Positions 27,738 to 37,193 of a DNA stretch of 64,000 bases are shown one piece after another; within the stretch, counting starts at the first letter, position 1; each line of letters opens with the position of its first letter. The stretch lies in NCBI GenBank assembly GCA_016200845.1, contig JACQDW010000067.1, forward strand, positions 8,996 to 72,995. Direction: 5' to 3'. The position numbers were made by a program, and so were the translations under genes. The DNA is from Burkholderiales bacterium (GTDB lineage: Bacteria; Pseudomonadota; Gammaproteobacteria; Burkholderiales; Burkholderiaceae_D). The notes under the pieces are model-generated. The model did not search any database. It had not been told where the DNA came from and worked only from the letters and a program-made list of their open reading frames with translations.

Positions 27738-28109
27738 TCATTGTAATAATTGGATGAAATGTTCGGCGCTGCGGATAATCGCTTTTGATTCCATTCCAAA
27801 CATATTGCGTGTTTCTTGCACCACAAAATCATTGGTCCCTCTGGTGCAATATAAAACGCCTTCAAAGTTAGTACCCAGATAGGTGAAAGGGGTGAGCTTG
27901 GTTTTGACTGGTGTGTCGTTAGTGAGCAAAGCGCGCATTTTGCGTTCGACGTCGTATAAGCTATTGACTTTAATATCGACGACGCCCCCTTTGGGTGTGG
28001 GGAAATTGGCCGAAAAGACGGGAAACTGCCCTACTGGATTCTTGATAAAAATTTTGACACCAAGTTTGAGAAACTTACTGATGGCAAAGAAATCATCTTC
28101 GGTAAACAT
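27738..28109 (-). CDS. Hypothetical protein
   Basis: 123-aa ORF with AGGAG RBS; no motif recognised. Confidence 0.65.
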   Translation of the reverse strand: MFTEDDFFAISKFLKLGVKIFIKNPVGQFPVFSANFPTPKGGVVDIKVNSLYDVERKMRALLTNDTPVKTKLTPFTYLGTNFEGVLYCTRGTNDFVVQETRNMFGMESKAIIRSAEHFIQLLQ

Positions 28110-28312
28110 AGGTTTACTCCTAAGCGCTTAGTTTAGGTGTAGATTACCAGAAAGTTTCTTTTGCCCCAATATAATCATGGATTGAAGTATGCTTTAACCT
28201 AAGTTTGTGGCGATTTTTGCTGATTTGGGCTGCCAGCGATGAAGGCAAGTCGCCGAAAGTGGCGATCGATTGTCTTTGCTAACCTATATTGATTTTTACG
28301 AGCTGTATATCT

Positions 28313-29167
28313 ATGAACCAAAGAGAATCAGAATTTGAATTTATAAAAGGCTTAAGTGCCGAATTGTCATCGCGCAATTTGGTGTTTCCGACTTCGTTGA
28401 AAGCGACGATGAAAATTCGTCAGGCCTTGGATGATCCTGATATGCCGATTGAACAGGTCGCTAGGATAATCAGCACCGAGCCCGTGTTATCAGCCCAAGT
28501 GTTGATGCTGTCAAATACGCCTATGTTTAATCGTACCAGTAAAAAAATAGACGAGCTCAAGGTCGCGGTCAGTCTGCTTGGTTTTGGCGTTGTCAGAAAT
28601 GTCGCCATTTCTGTCGGCATGAAGCAACTCAAAGATCAGCAAGAAAATGCGACTAAATCAGAGCAAATGGAGGGACTCTGGACGCGCAGCGTACGCGTAG
28701 CAGCCTTGTCTCTTGTGATTGCTAAAAATCGGAGTAAATTAAGTCCAGATAAGGCGATGATCGCTGGTTTGCTGCATGATATTGGCAAGTTCTATATCCT
28801 TAGTCGCGCACATCAATACCAAGGCTTATTTCATTCAGAAGAGGCCTTGTGGGATTTGGTTGATCAGTGGCACGCAGACATCGGCGCGGCGATATTGGAA
28901 AGTTGGGAAGTGTCGGATGATATCCGGGCAGCTGTCATGGATAGAAGTCGTGATGACCTGCCGTTGACGCAACGCGCCAGTTTGACCGATGTTGTTTCCG
29001 CGGCGGATTTTCTCGATGCCAGCTTCGTCAAACAATCGATTGATGAACTTGATTGGGAAGCGATTCCTACTTCCTTAGTTAACCTAAAGCTCGATCACGA
29101 TCAGACAGAAAACCTGATGAACGAAACGCGTCAGGAAATGGCGCAGATACTGAAGGTGATTGCCTGA
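28313..29167 (+). CDS. HDOD domain protein
   Basis: EPVLSAQVL..SN, AVSLLG, AGLLHDIGKFYIL, HADIGAAILESW. Confidence 0.88.
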   Translation: MNQRESEFEFIKGLSAELSSRNLVFPTSLKATMKIRQALDDPDMPIEQVARIISTEPVLSAQVLMLSNTPMFNRTSKKIDELKVAVSLLGFGVVRNVAISVGMKQLKDQQENATKSEQMEGLWTRSVRVAALSLVIAKNRSKLSPDKAMIAGLLHDIGKFYILSRAHQYQGLFHSEEALWDLVDQWHADIGAAILESWEVSDDIRAAVMDRSRDDLPLTQRASLTDVVSAADFLDASFVKQSIDELDWEAIPTSLVNLKLDHDQTENLMNETRQEMAQILKVIA

Positions 29168-29238
29168 GTAGAGAGTCAGGAACTAAACTTCTAAAATCGA
29201 CTCCAAGAGCAGCTTATTTTTTATTCGACGGAGGATGT

Positions 29239-30006
29239 ATGAAAAAAATGTTGTTTAGTTTGGCGTTCATCGGCGCACTGTGTCAGAGCGCAGTGGCGCA
29301 AGATCCATTGCAAGCGGCGATCAGCGGCAGTCACCGTAGTGCGGCGAACATCGCACGAGATGCGGCGCGACATCCGAATGAAACTCTGCAGTTTTTTGGT
29401 ATTCAAAATAGTATGAAGGTCGTCGAATTGGCGCCGGGTGGCGGTTGGTATACCGAGATTTTGGCGCCCTATTTGCGCAAGGATGGTAAATTGATTTTGG
29501 CTGGTGCAGGAAACGCATTGAAGACTAAATTGAGCGAGTCCCCGGCACTTTATGATCAGGTCAGCATAGGCGAATTTAATCCCGCAAAAAAAATCGACTA
29601 TGCAGCGCCATCCAGTGTTGATATGGTTTTGACTTTTCGCAATGTGCATAATTGGATGAGTGTGAACGACACCGCAGCAAAGGCAGTTTTTCAAAGTGCC
29701 TTCGATGCGCTGAAATCGGGCGGAGTGTTTGGTGTGGTTGAGCATCGCTTGCCAGAATCAACTAAGCACGATGATAAAGGCAGCACTGGTTATGTGCATC
29801 AAAGCTATGTCATTGCACTGGCGCAAAGCGTGGGATTTAAATTGGCTGCGCAATTCGAAATTAACGCCAACCCCAAAGACAATGCAAATCACGAAGGCGG
29901 AGTCTGGGCTTTGCCTCCTGTGCTGACCAACAAAGAGAAAGACAAGGAAAAATATTTGGCAGTCGGCGAAAGTGATCGCATGACTTTGAAGTTTGTGAAG
30001 CCCTAA
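29239..30006 (+). CDS. Exported class I SAM-dependent methyltransferase-like protein (COG4798-like)
   Basis: Signal peptide; RD.ARHP.ETL.FFG, VVELAPGGGWYTEILAP, DMVLTFRNVHNW, GESDRMTLKF. Confidence 0.82.
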   Translation: MKKMLFSLAFIGALCQSAVAQDPLQAAISGSHRSAANIARDAARHPNETLQFFGIQNSMKVVELAPGGGWYTEILAPYLRKDGKLILAGAGNALKTKLSESPALYDQVSIGEFNPAKKIDYAAPSSVDMVLTFRNVHNWMSVNDTAAKAVFQSAFDALKSGGVFGVVEHRLPESTKHDDKGSTGYVHQSYVIALAQSVGFKLAAQFEINANPKDNANHEGGVWALPPVLTNKEKDKEKYLAVGESDRMTLKFVKP

Positions 30007-30166
30007 CAGCCTGTCGGACTTAGGAGTTGTCGGCTGCAAAATCACCTGGACGGTTCATATTTCACCGGCTTTTTGGTCAATATCTAGATATTGACGCTGC
30101 AAATCCGGCAAAATCTGACCTCGCCCAGCTGATTTTTCGCTTCGACACACTAAGTCCGACAGGCTG
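30007..30166. mobile_element. 160-bp MITE-like element (element D)
   Basis: Perfect 17-bp TIR CAGCCTGTCGGACTTAG flanked by CTAA/CTAG (TSD-like; the left copy supplies the upstream stop); central perfect palindrome GTCAATATCTAGATATTGAC. Confidence 0.8.
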
Positions 30167-30270
30167 CTAGTCCGATTTTATTCGACTATCCAGCGTTACA
30201 ATAGGTGCACAGACATGAAGTTCAAAAGGCTGACTGGTCTTTTGAACTTCTTTTTTATGGAGGAGCGAAA

Positions 30271-30936
30271 ATGAAACAATGGAGCTTATGTGTGTTTGTT
30301 GGCGCGGCTATCGCGTTGGTGGCGATGGAGAGCGACGCTCAAACCATGTATCGATGCGGTAGTAATTATCAAGACAAACCTTGTGCCCAGGGCCAAGTCG
30401 GAAAAGTCATAGGTACTCAATCAAGCCGTGACGATTCAGCTGCGCCAGCCATTGATGCTGCTTGCCGCCGTCGTAGTGAAGCCGCTAAGAAAATTATCTG
30501 GTCGCGGAAAGGCGGCGCTTCCAAAGCTGATTTGCTGGCAGGTGTTGACAGTATGGAGGAATCACGCTTGATCGAAGATGTCTATGCCATCAAGGGTGAT
30601 TACACTCAAATTCGCAAAACCATAGAAACCGAATGCATGGCTACCAAAGAGAGAATGCGTGGATCGGACGGCGCGGTGAATGCAGATACCTTGCGGCTCG
30701 CGCGCGAAGTACAAGATAAACTGCGTGCGGAAGAAATTGCAGCGCAAGGCGATGATGGCAAATTCAAACGGCCTGCATCAACAACTAAGAACGCTTCACT
30801 GTGCGAAAACATAAAAATGCAATCAGAGATGCTCGATGCAGGCATCAAAGCCAGCAGTGATCAGGCAACGATACTGGTCTTCCAAAAGAAAAAAGATGAA
30901 TTAGCCAAAGCGCGCTCGGCGGCATCTTGTCCTTAG
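30271..30936 (+). CDS. Exported protein with DUF4124-like N-terminus
   Basis: Signal peptide followed by AQTMYRCGSNYQDKPC; RBS GGAGGAG. Confidence 0.7.
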   Translation: MKQWSLCVFVGAAIALVAMESDAQTMYRCGSNYQDKPCAQGQVGKVIGTQSSRDDSAAPAIDAACRRRSEAAKKIIWSRKGGASKADLLAGVDSMEESRLIEDVYAIKGDYTQIRKTIETECMATKERMRGSDGAVNADTLRLAREVQDKLRAEEIAAQGDDGKFKRPASTTKNASLCENIKMQSEMLDAGIKASSDQATILVFQKKKDELAKARSAASCP

Positions 30937-30953
30937 CATATTTCTGTACCGGA

Positions 30954-31151
30954 TTATTGCCGCACACGTTTCTTCGCGCCGGTCGCCTTGCTGCTTTTTG
31001 CTTTGTAATCGCCATGTCCACTGGCACCGGGAAAGCCAGAGCGGGCGCGTGGTTGGCTCGGTAAGCCTTTCACTGCCGATTTTTTTTCGACGGGAGCTGC
31101 GGGGTCTTCCGTCTCGGTGACGGATGTTGAGTTTGTTGTGTTGGGGATCAT
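30954..31151 (-). CDS. Small basic low-complexity protein
   Basis: 65 aa, ATG with AGGTGA upstream, Lys/Arg-rich C-terminus. Confidence 0.45.
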   Translation of the reverse strand: MIPNTTNSTSVTETEDPAAPVEKKSAVKGLPSQPRARSGFPGASGHGDYKAKSSKATGAKKRVRQ

Positions 31152-31273
31152 GGTTCACCTGTTGCGGGATTGAGCGGAATTTTTCTGAACAGGTCGGAAA
31201 ATTGGCATTGTAAGTCGCAGGCTATAAAATGGCGAGGATTTTCCTAAGCTCGCTCAAGCGAGAGACGTAAAAT

Positions 31274-31648
31274 ATGAATACAAAAACATCGACAGACCGC
31301 GCAACTCACTTTCGTTCTCTGGACGATGTAAGAGACGCCTTGCGTATCTTTGCGACTGAGCGCGAATGGCAACCGTTTCATACGCCTAAAAATCTGGCAA
31401 GCGCATTGGCGGTGGAAGCGGCCGAATTGCTGGAGCCGTTTCAGTGGTTACAGAGTGGCGCTGATGAGGAACTGGATCCAGCCACACGCGCGGCAATCCG
31501 AGATGAAATGGCGGATGTGCTGACTTATCTGGTGATGTTGGCTGACCGTCTCGATGTTGATTTATTGGCGGCGACGCAGGAAAAAATGCGGCGTAATGCG
31601 CAGAAATATCCAATCGAACAATCACGCGGAAACGCAAAAAGTATCTAG
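31274..31648 (+). CDS. MazG-like nucleotide pyrophosphohydrolase (dCTP pyrophosphatase-like)
   Basis: FATEREWQPFHTPKNLA.AL.VEAAELLE.FQW, DEMADV, KM..NA.KYP. Confidence 0.9.
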   Translation: MNTKTSTDRATHFRSLDDVRDALRIFATEREWQPFHTPKNLASALAVEAAELLEPFQWLQSGADEELDPATRAAIRDEMADVLTYLVMLADRLDVDLLAATQEKMRRNAQKYPIEQSRGNAKSI

Positions 31649-31655
31649 GGACTTT

Positions 31656-32129
31656 ATGTTGCAACGTATCAGTCAACACACTTTAAGCGATTTGTCCGAG
31701 CAGGCGAAAAACAGCCCGCGCTTACGCAAAAATTTGAACTTTCATGCCGACAATGAGGCCGCCTGCCATCGTTTGTTAAACGCGCTGGAACCCGGCACTT
31801 ATGTGCAACCGCACTGTCATCTTTCACCGGACAAAGAAGAAACTTTGATTGTCTTGGCCGGGCGTATTGGCGTGCTGATTTTCAATGCCGACGGCAGCGT
31901 CGCCGAACATTTTATCCTCTCGCCACGTGACAATGATTTTGGTGTGACGATACCAGCTACGGTTTTTCATAGCATGGTCGCGCTGGAGAGTGGTGCTGTA
32001 TTTTTCGAAGCAAAAGCGGGGCCGTATGTGCCTATCGCTGAAGAGGAAAAAGCAAGCTGGGCACCAGCGGAAACGGATACCGCTAGTGCTGACTATTTGC
32101 AGCGCATGCTCACTTATTTTGAAGCATAA
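31656..32129 (+). CDS. WbuC family cupin-fold metalloprotein
   Basis: AKNSPRLRKNLNFH, RLLNALEPGTYVQPHCH, FHSMVAL, FFEAKAGPY. Confidence 0.88.
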   Translation: MLQRISQHTLSDLSEQAKNSPRLRKNLNFHADNEAACHRLLNALEPGTYVQPHCHLSPDKEETLIVLAGRIGVLIFNADGSVAEHFILSPRDNDFGVTIPATVFHSMVALESGAVFFEAKAGPYVPIAEEEKASWAPAETDTASADYLQRMLTYFEA

Positions 32130-32133
32130 ATTT

Positions 32134-32760
32134 TTAAGGTGAAAGTTTAAATCGCCCCTTTTTTTCGATTTCATCGCAGGTCAACTTCCGCAAAATAAAT
32201 TCTATCCCTGCTTCGGCAACCGGCGTGAGTGTTTGGTCAAAGCGCTGCAGTTGGTAGCGGTAAGTGGCATCCAAGGTTTCGACTTTCAGCGTTTGAGCTT
32301 CTCCCGAAAAACGCGCCAATAGCTCAAATAGATTGATTGACTTAGGTGACCAACTTTGTTGCTTGTGCAGGGTGAACGTCCACTTGTGATCGTAATTGAA
32401 ACTTGACGGAAATTGCCCTTGTTCGTATAAGTCTTCGTCTGGAATAGTGACGATCAGATGACCGCTTGGCTTTAAAACCCGTAGCCAATGCGCTAGTGCA
32501 ATGACCGGATCTTGCATGTGTTCCAAGCAGTGACTGGAATGCACGAAATCAAATTGTCTGTCCCTGACGCTCTCCAGATATTGCGCATCGCCGTCGACTA
32601 AATCCCAATTGCGCACGGTACCCATGCGTGGAAACTGTTCCGCATACTGGCTGACAGGGTCGGGGCCGCAACCTATATCAATACCATTCCCAACAAAATA
32701 ACGACTCGCGAACCGGCTATCGTGCAGACGGCGGCTGAGTGCTTTACTCGCTTCATGCAT
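32134..32760 (-). CDS. Class I SAM-dependent methyltransferase
   Basis: GIDIGCG, FDFVHSSHCLEHM, WLRVLKPSGHL. Confidence 0.85.
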   Translation of the reverse strand: MHEASKALSRRLHDSRFASRYFVGNGIDIGCGPDPVSQYAEQFPRMGTVRNWDLVDGDAQYLESVRDRQFDFVHSSHCLEHMQDPVIALAHWLRVLKPSGHLIVTIPDEDLYEQGQFPSSFNYDHKWTFTLHKQQSWSPKSINLFELLARFSGEAQTLKVETLDATYRYQLQRFDQTLTPVAEAGIEFILRKLTCDEIEKKGRFKLSP

Positions 32761-33077
32761 AGGATTTTCCTTTCTGCGTGTGTCTCTGGTGATCGAATAA
32801 TGAATTTCAATATCGTTCGATATCGCTGATGTGGAGTATCACTTCACAATACCACTCAGTTTATCCGAAAAGACCTGCCACAAGAACTTTGTCGTTTGGC
32901 GTTGCCGACCTTAAGCTGCGTTCCATGTTGTGAAGCAAATGCAAGACGCCCTCAGACATCAGGTATTTGGCACTTGTTCTAATTGAAAAGTTAAACATCG
33001 TTTTGCCGTACTGGACGTTCTTTTGGTTTGAGAATAATTTCGTTCTCACATTTTTTAGATTTTTATAGAGGTTGATT

Positions 33078-33650
33078 ATGTTGAAGAAAAATAGTGTAGC
33101 GGTTGTGTTGGCAGTTGCTGGTTTGATGATTGGTGCAAGTGCTTCGGCGCAAGTGTATGTTGGTGGTAGCTTGGGTCAGGCAAAGACAAATGTTGATTGT
33201 GCCGGTACGACAAAGTGCGACAAGATTTCCGCAACTTCAAAAATTTTTGGCGGCTATAACATCGACAAAAATTTCGCGATAGAAGCGAGCTATGACTGGT
33301 TAGGAAAAATTGGTGCGCAAACCAAAGAAGCTGGTGTGACAGCTGATCACGAAATCAAAGCTAAGAGTTTTGAATTAGCCGGTGTAGTAAAGCATGACTT
33401 TACAGACGAACTGAGTGGCTTTGCAAAATTGGGCGTCGCTCGTGTCACTGCAGATGGTAAGTCAAGCTTAGCAGGTAGCAAATATACCTATGACACAAGC
33501 TCAACCCAGCCAGTGATTGGTTTGGGTCTGAATTACAAGATCAGTAAAGAAGTGGCATTGCGTGGTGAGTTTGAATCGCGTCGCGTTAAATTGTTTGATG
33601 AAAAAGCACGCGTGAATACTTTCACTGTCGGCGCTCAGTATAGTTTCTAA
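33078..33650 (+). CDS. Outer-membrane beta-barrel protein (OmpA-like 8-strand)
   Basis: Signal ASA-QVYVGGSLG; KIFGGYN...FAIEASY; C-terminal GAQYSF. Confidence 0.88.
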   Translation: MLKKNSVAVVLAVAGLMIGASASAQVYVGGSLGQAKTNVDCAGTTKCDKISATSKIFGGYNIDKNFAIEASYDWLGKIGAQTKEAGVTADHEIKAKSFELAGVVKHDFTDELSGFAKLGVARVTADGKSSLAGSKYTYDTSSTQPVIGLGLNYKISKEVALRGEFESRRVKLFDEKARVNTFTVGAQYSF

Positions 33651-33692
33651 GTTCGCGCTATCTCATCGGTTTTACCGGTAGTTCGCTGTAGG

Positions 33693-33731
33693 ATGGGGGC
33701 ATTTCTCTGAAAAGGGAAATGCCCCCATTTT
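33693..33731 (+). terminator. Intrinsic terminator
   Basis: ATGGGGGCATTTC...GAAATGCCCCCAT followed by Ts. Confidence 0.7.
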
Positions 33732-33822
33732 GTTGTGGAAATCGCTGACGCGCATTGCAATTCGCCTTTTTGAGATTGGATCAGTTAAAATCAAACGATC
33801 AATCGATATCGGGAGAACTATC

Positions 33823-34140
33823 ATGTTTTTGGATCATGCAAAAATTTCTGCCACCCATAGCGAGACCGAACCAGACAGAATTGAGCGATTAAACCGGGTG
33901 TATGGCTATGCGATTGGTCTTGCCGATGCGGATGGAAACACCGATTGCATTACAAAACTAGCCAAGCTCCACGATCACAAGGGTACGCTGATGGTGATCT
34001 GGCATGAAGCGCCGACTGAATATGAGCGCATTTATTTCTTGAAAGCCTGGCGTAGTAAAGTTGGTGATGAATCGACACATGTAGAACATGCATTGATGTT
34101 GCATGACCCAGAGTCGGATCAGGCAGAAACAGGAAACTGA
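33823..34140 (+). CDS. Hypothetical protein
   Basis: 105 aa from ATG after GGGAGA; contains LHDHKG. Confidence 0.65.
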   Translation: MFLDHAKISATHSETEPDRIERLNRVYGYAIGLADADGNTDCITKLAKLHDHKGTLMVIWHEAPTEYERIYFLKAWRSKVGDESTHVEHALMLHDPESDQAETGN

Positions 34141-34155
34141 ATTACTGTAATAAGT

Positions 34156-34193
34156 AAAAAAGCCCGCACTGAAAATAATCAGTGCGGGCTTTT
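34156..34193. terminator. Bidirectional intrinsic terminator
   Basis: AAAAAAGCCCGCACTGA-aaataa-TCAGTGCGGGCTTTT between convergent genes. Confidence 0.85.
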
Positions 34194-34211
34194 CATTTTG
34201 CGGGGGGATGT

Positions 34212-34886
34212 TTAGCTGAGCTCTCCCAATAATTCAGCGAGCCCAGACCAGCCAATTTCTATCCCTATGCAGAGCAAAATAAAAGCAGACAAGCGCATTA
34301 AGACCGTGGCGCCGACGTCGCCTAAGAGACTTTCCAGATTGCGCGCAAAGCGGTACGACAAATAAATCGCCAGAGTCGTTAACAACACGCCCAAGCTCGC
34401 CGCAATGCCAGTGATGATCCAGTCCACTGGTTTTTTTGGTAGTTGCGCGCCGAGGGTAATTGAGGTGGCGATCGCTCCGGGACCGACGGTCAGCGGGAAA
34501 CTAAATGGGAAAAAACTATGACGGCGCAATTCTTCTTTGCTCCAGTTGCCTGCGGACGCCGCAACTGAATTGCGTAATTTATCTTGTCCCTGATCGTTCA
34601 ATAATTTCCAACCCGCCATGCCAACCACGATACCGCCAGCGACGCGGACGATAGGGAGGGAAATCCCAAAAAAGTCTAAGACATACGAGCCTACAAAAAT
34701 CGCGCCCATCAAAAGAAAGAAACAATTAAACGCAATCCGCTTGGCAAGCCGGTTTGCCATGCTCTGATCCATAGGTCCTGTCATCGAAAGGAAAATCGGT
34801 GCGACCGCGATGGGGTTGAGGATGGGGAGTAGTGTAATCGGAACTACGATGAGAGCTTTGACAAAGACAGTGAGGGCTATGCTCAT
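34212..34886 (-). CDS. MarC family membrane protein
   Basis: LLPILNPIA.APIF, FFGISLP.VRVAGG, FPLTVGPGAIA, RLSAFILLCIG. Confidence 0.9.
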   Translation of the reverse strand: MSIALTVFVKALIVVPITLLPILNPIAVAPIFLSMTGPMDQSMANRLAKRIAFNCFFLLMGAIFVGSYVLDFFGISLPIVRVAGGIVVGMAGWKLLNDQGQDKLRNSVAASAGNWSKEELRRHSFFPFSFPLTVGPGAIATSITLGAQLPKKPVDWIITGIAASLGVLLTTLAIYLSYRFARNLESLLGDVGATVLMRLSAFILLCIGIEIGWSGLAELLGELS

Positions 34887-34977
34887 TTTTTCTCCATTTC
34901 ATTAAGTCCTATAGCATTAGATTGCGTCTGGAATAGTAACAGAGCTTGGTTTGATTGCAAGCTACCCACTTTTTTTC

Positions 34978-35011
34978 TTGTCACAGTCAGCGTCATATTC
35001 CTGTCATATTC
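34978..35011 (+). promoter_or_regulatory. Pho box(es) upstream of pstS
   Basis: Tandem 11-bp units GCGTCATATTC CTGTCATATTC plus upstream TTGTCACAGTC, matching the PhoB CTGTCAT repeat. Confidence 0.8.
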
Positions 35012-35102
35012 GGCTAGTAAAGTTCGGAACGCGTGAATTCTATGAGTTCTAGCTGTTGTGAATTGCAACGAATGCGTTTCCCAAAATGAAAATGAGGAAG
35101 AT

Positions 35103-36146
35103 ATGGAATTGAATCGTTTATTGAAGTCCTTTGTTATGTTGTTAAGTGTCTCTGCTGTTTTTTCATCAGTGCAGGCTGCTGAAGTGACCGGTGCGGGCGC
35201 GACTTTCCCTTACCCGATTTATGCAAAGTGGGCGGATGCCTATAAAAAAGCGACTGGCAATACGGTGAATTATCAATCCATCGGTTCCGGTGGCGGTATC
35301 AAACAAATTAAATCGAAAACGGTCGATTTTGGCGCTTCCGATATGCCTTTAAAGGCTGAGGACTTAGAGGCCGATGGCTTGACTCAATTTCCAGCCGTGA
35401 TTGGTGGTGTGGTGCCGGTGGTGAATCTGGATGGTATCGCTCCCGGTCAGTTGAAAATGACTGGCGAGGTGTTGGCGAAGATTTATATGGGCAGCATCAC
35501 AAAATGGAATGCACCTGAAATCGTGGCGTTAAATGCGGGCGTGAAATTGCCGGCAGAAGACATCACCGTGGTGCATCGTTCTGATGGGTCTGGAACGACT
35601 TTTATCTGGACCGACTATTTGTCCAAAGTCAGTGCTGAATTTAAATCGACGGTGAGTTCTGGCACTGCGGTGAAATGGCCAGTTGGTTTGGGCGGCAAGG
35701 GCAATGAAGGTGTAGCGGCGAACGTGCAGCGCATTAAAGGTGCTATCGGTTACGTGGAATACGCTTACGTGAAGCGTAACAAGATGATCCACACTCAAGT
35801 AAAAAACCGTGATGGCAATTTTGTACAAGCCGATGACGTGAATTTTAAGGCGGCTGCTTCCGGCGCTGAGTGGGCAAAAACTCCAGGCATGGGTGTGATC
35901 CTGACGAATCAAACTGGAAAAGAAAGCTGGCCTATCAGCGGCGCGACTTTCATCCTCTTGCACAAGGTTGCAGCAAATCCAGCGAACACTAAAGAAGTCT
36001 TGAAATTCTTTGAGTGGGCGTTTGCGAATGGCGCTGAAATGGCGACGGAGTTGGAATACGTTCCCATGCCTGCTGATGTGATCAAGTTGATTCACGCAGG
36101 TTGGAAAAATAATCTGAAAGATGGGTCTGGTAAGTCTTTGTATTAA
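35103..36146 (+). CDS. pstS: Phosphate ABC transporter substrate-binding protein
   Basis: GAGATFPYP, NYQSIGSGGG, DFGASD, HRSDGSGTT. Confidence 0.96.
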   Translation: MELNRLLKSFVMLLSVSAVFSSVQAAEVTGAGATFPYPIYAKWADAYKKATGNTVNYQSIGSGGGIKQIKSKTVDFGASDMPLKAEDLEADGLTQFPAVIGGVVPVVNLDGIAPGQLKMTGEVLAKIYMGSITKWNAPEIVALNAGVKLPAEDITVVHRSDGSGTTFIWTDYLSKVSAEFKSTVSSGTAVKWPVGLGGKGNEGVAANVQRIKGAIGYVEYAYVKRNKMIHTQVKNRDGNFVQADDVNFKAAASGAEWAKTPGMGVILTNQTGKESWPISGATFILLHKVAANPANTKEVLKFFEWAFANGAEMATELEYVPMPADVIKLIHAGWKNNLKDGSGKSLY

Positions 36147-36161
36147 TGTGTGAATTGCTTG

Positions 36162-36200
36162 TAGCGCCGTCACCTTCAAGTGACGGTGCTATTTTTGTTT
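36162..36200 (+). terminator. Hairpin after pstS (terminator or mRNA stabiliser)
   Basis: TAGCGCCGTCAC-cttcaa-GTGACGGTGCTA-TTTTT. Confidence 0.7.
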
Positions 36201-36224
36201 GTGGATCCGTTTGGATTGTTGAAT

Positions 36225-37193
36225 ATGACCGGAAATTTTTCATCACCGCACATCGTGACGATGCGCAAACAGAAGTTGCAAGACTTCTTGTTTCATAAGC
36301 TCACCTTGAGCTTTGCTATTTTTGTGTTGCTGGTGTTGGCGGGAATTGTGTTTTCTTTGTTCTACGGCGCTTTGCCCGCGATGAAGCAATTTGGATTTGC
36401 TTTTATCACGACGGTGGAATGGGATCCGATTAATGACCAGTATGGTGGCGCGATTGCCATCGTCGGTACCTTGCTGACATCAGGCATTGCTTTGCTGATC
36501 GCGGTGCCGGTGAGTTTTGGGATTGCTTTGTTTTTGACAGAAATCTGCCCCTCCTGGCTGAAGCGTCCATTGGGCACGGCGATAGAATTGCTCGCTGGCG
36601 TGCCTAGTATTATTTATGGCATGTGGGGTTTATTTATTTTTGCACCGTTTTTTAGCTCTTATGGGCAGCCATTGTTGGCAAAGACCTTGGGGCAGCTTCC
36701 TGTGATCGGTCAATTATTTTCAGGTTCTATGATCGGTATCGGCATACTGACTGCAGGCATCGTCTTGGGGATTATGATTATTCCTTTTATCGCTTCAGTG
36801 ATGCGTGACGTGTTTGAAATCGTTCCTTCGGTATTGAAAGAATCGGCCTATGGTTTGGGATGTACCCGCTGGGAAGTGGTGCGCAAAGTGGTGTTGCCTT
36901 ATACGCGCGCGGGTGTGATCGGCGGCATCATGTTGGGCTTGGGGCGTGCTCTGGGCGAAACGATGGCGATTACTTTTGTGATTGGCAACGCGCATAAACT
37001 GCATTGGTCTTTGTTCGCGGGCGGCAATAGTATCGCCTCAACTCTGGCGAATGAATTTGCTGAAGCGGAATCGGAACTTCATATTGCGTCTTTGTTTTTG
37101 CTTGGATTTATCTTGTTCGTGATTACCTTTTTGGTCCTGGCAGCGGCGAAATTACTGCTGTTGAGTATGAAGAAAAAGGAGGGCTTGAAATGA
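36225..37193 (+). CDS. pstC: Phosphate ABC transporter permease
   Basis: [37 protein letters not shown]; operon position. Confidence 0.95.
   Translation: MTGNFSSPHIVTMRKQKLQDFLFHKLTLSFAIFVLLVLAGIVFSLFYGALPAMKQFGFAFITTVEWDPINDQYGGAIAIVGTLLTSGIALLIAVPVSFGIALFLTEICPSWLKRPLGTAIELLAGVPSIIYGMWGLFIFAPFFSSYGQPLLAKTLGQLPVIGQLFSGSMIGIGILTAGIVLGIMIIPFIASVMRDVFEIVPSVLKESAYGLGCTRWEVVRKVVLPYTRAGVIGGIMLGLGRALGETMAITFVIGNAHKLHWSLFAGGNSIASTLANEFAEAESELHIASLFLLGFILFVITFLVLAAAKLLLLSMKKKEGLK

Noticed and set aside
32967-32982. Sigma54 promoter upstream of the OmpA-like gene (TTGGCAC)
   Set aside because: The -12 TTGC element is missing at the required spacing
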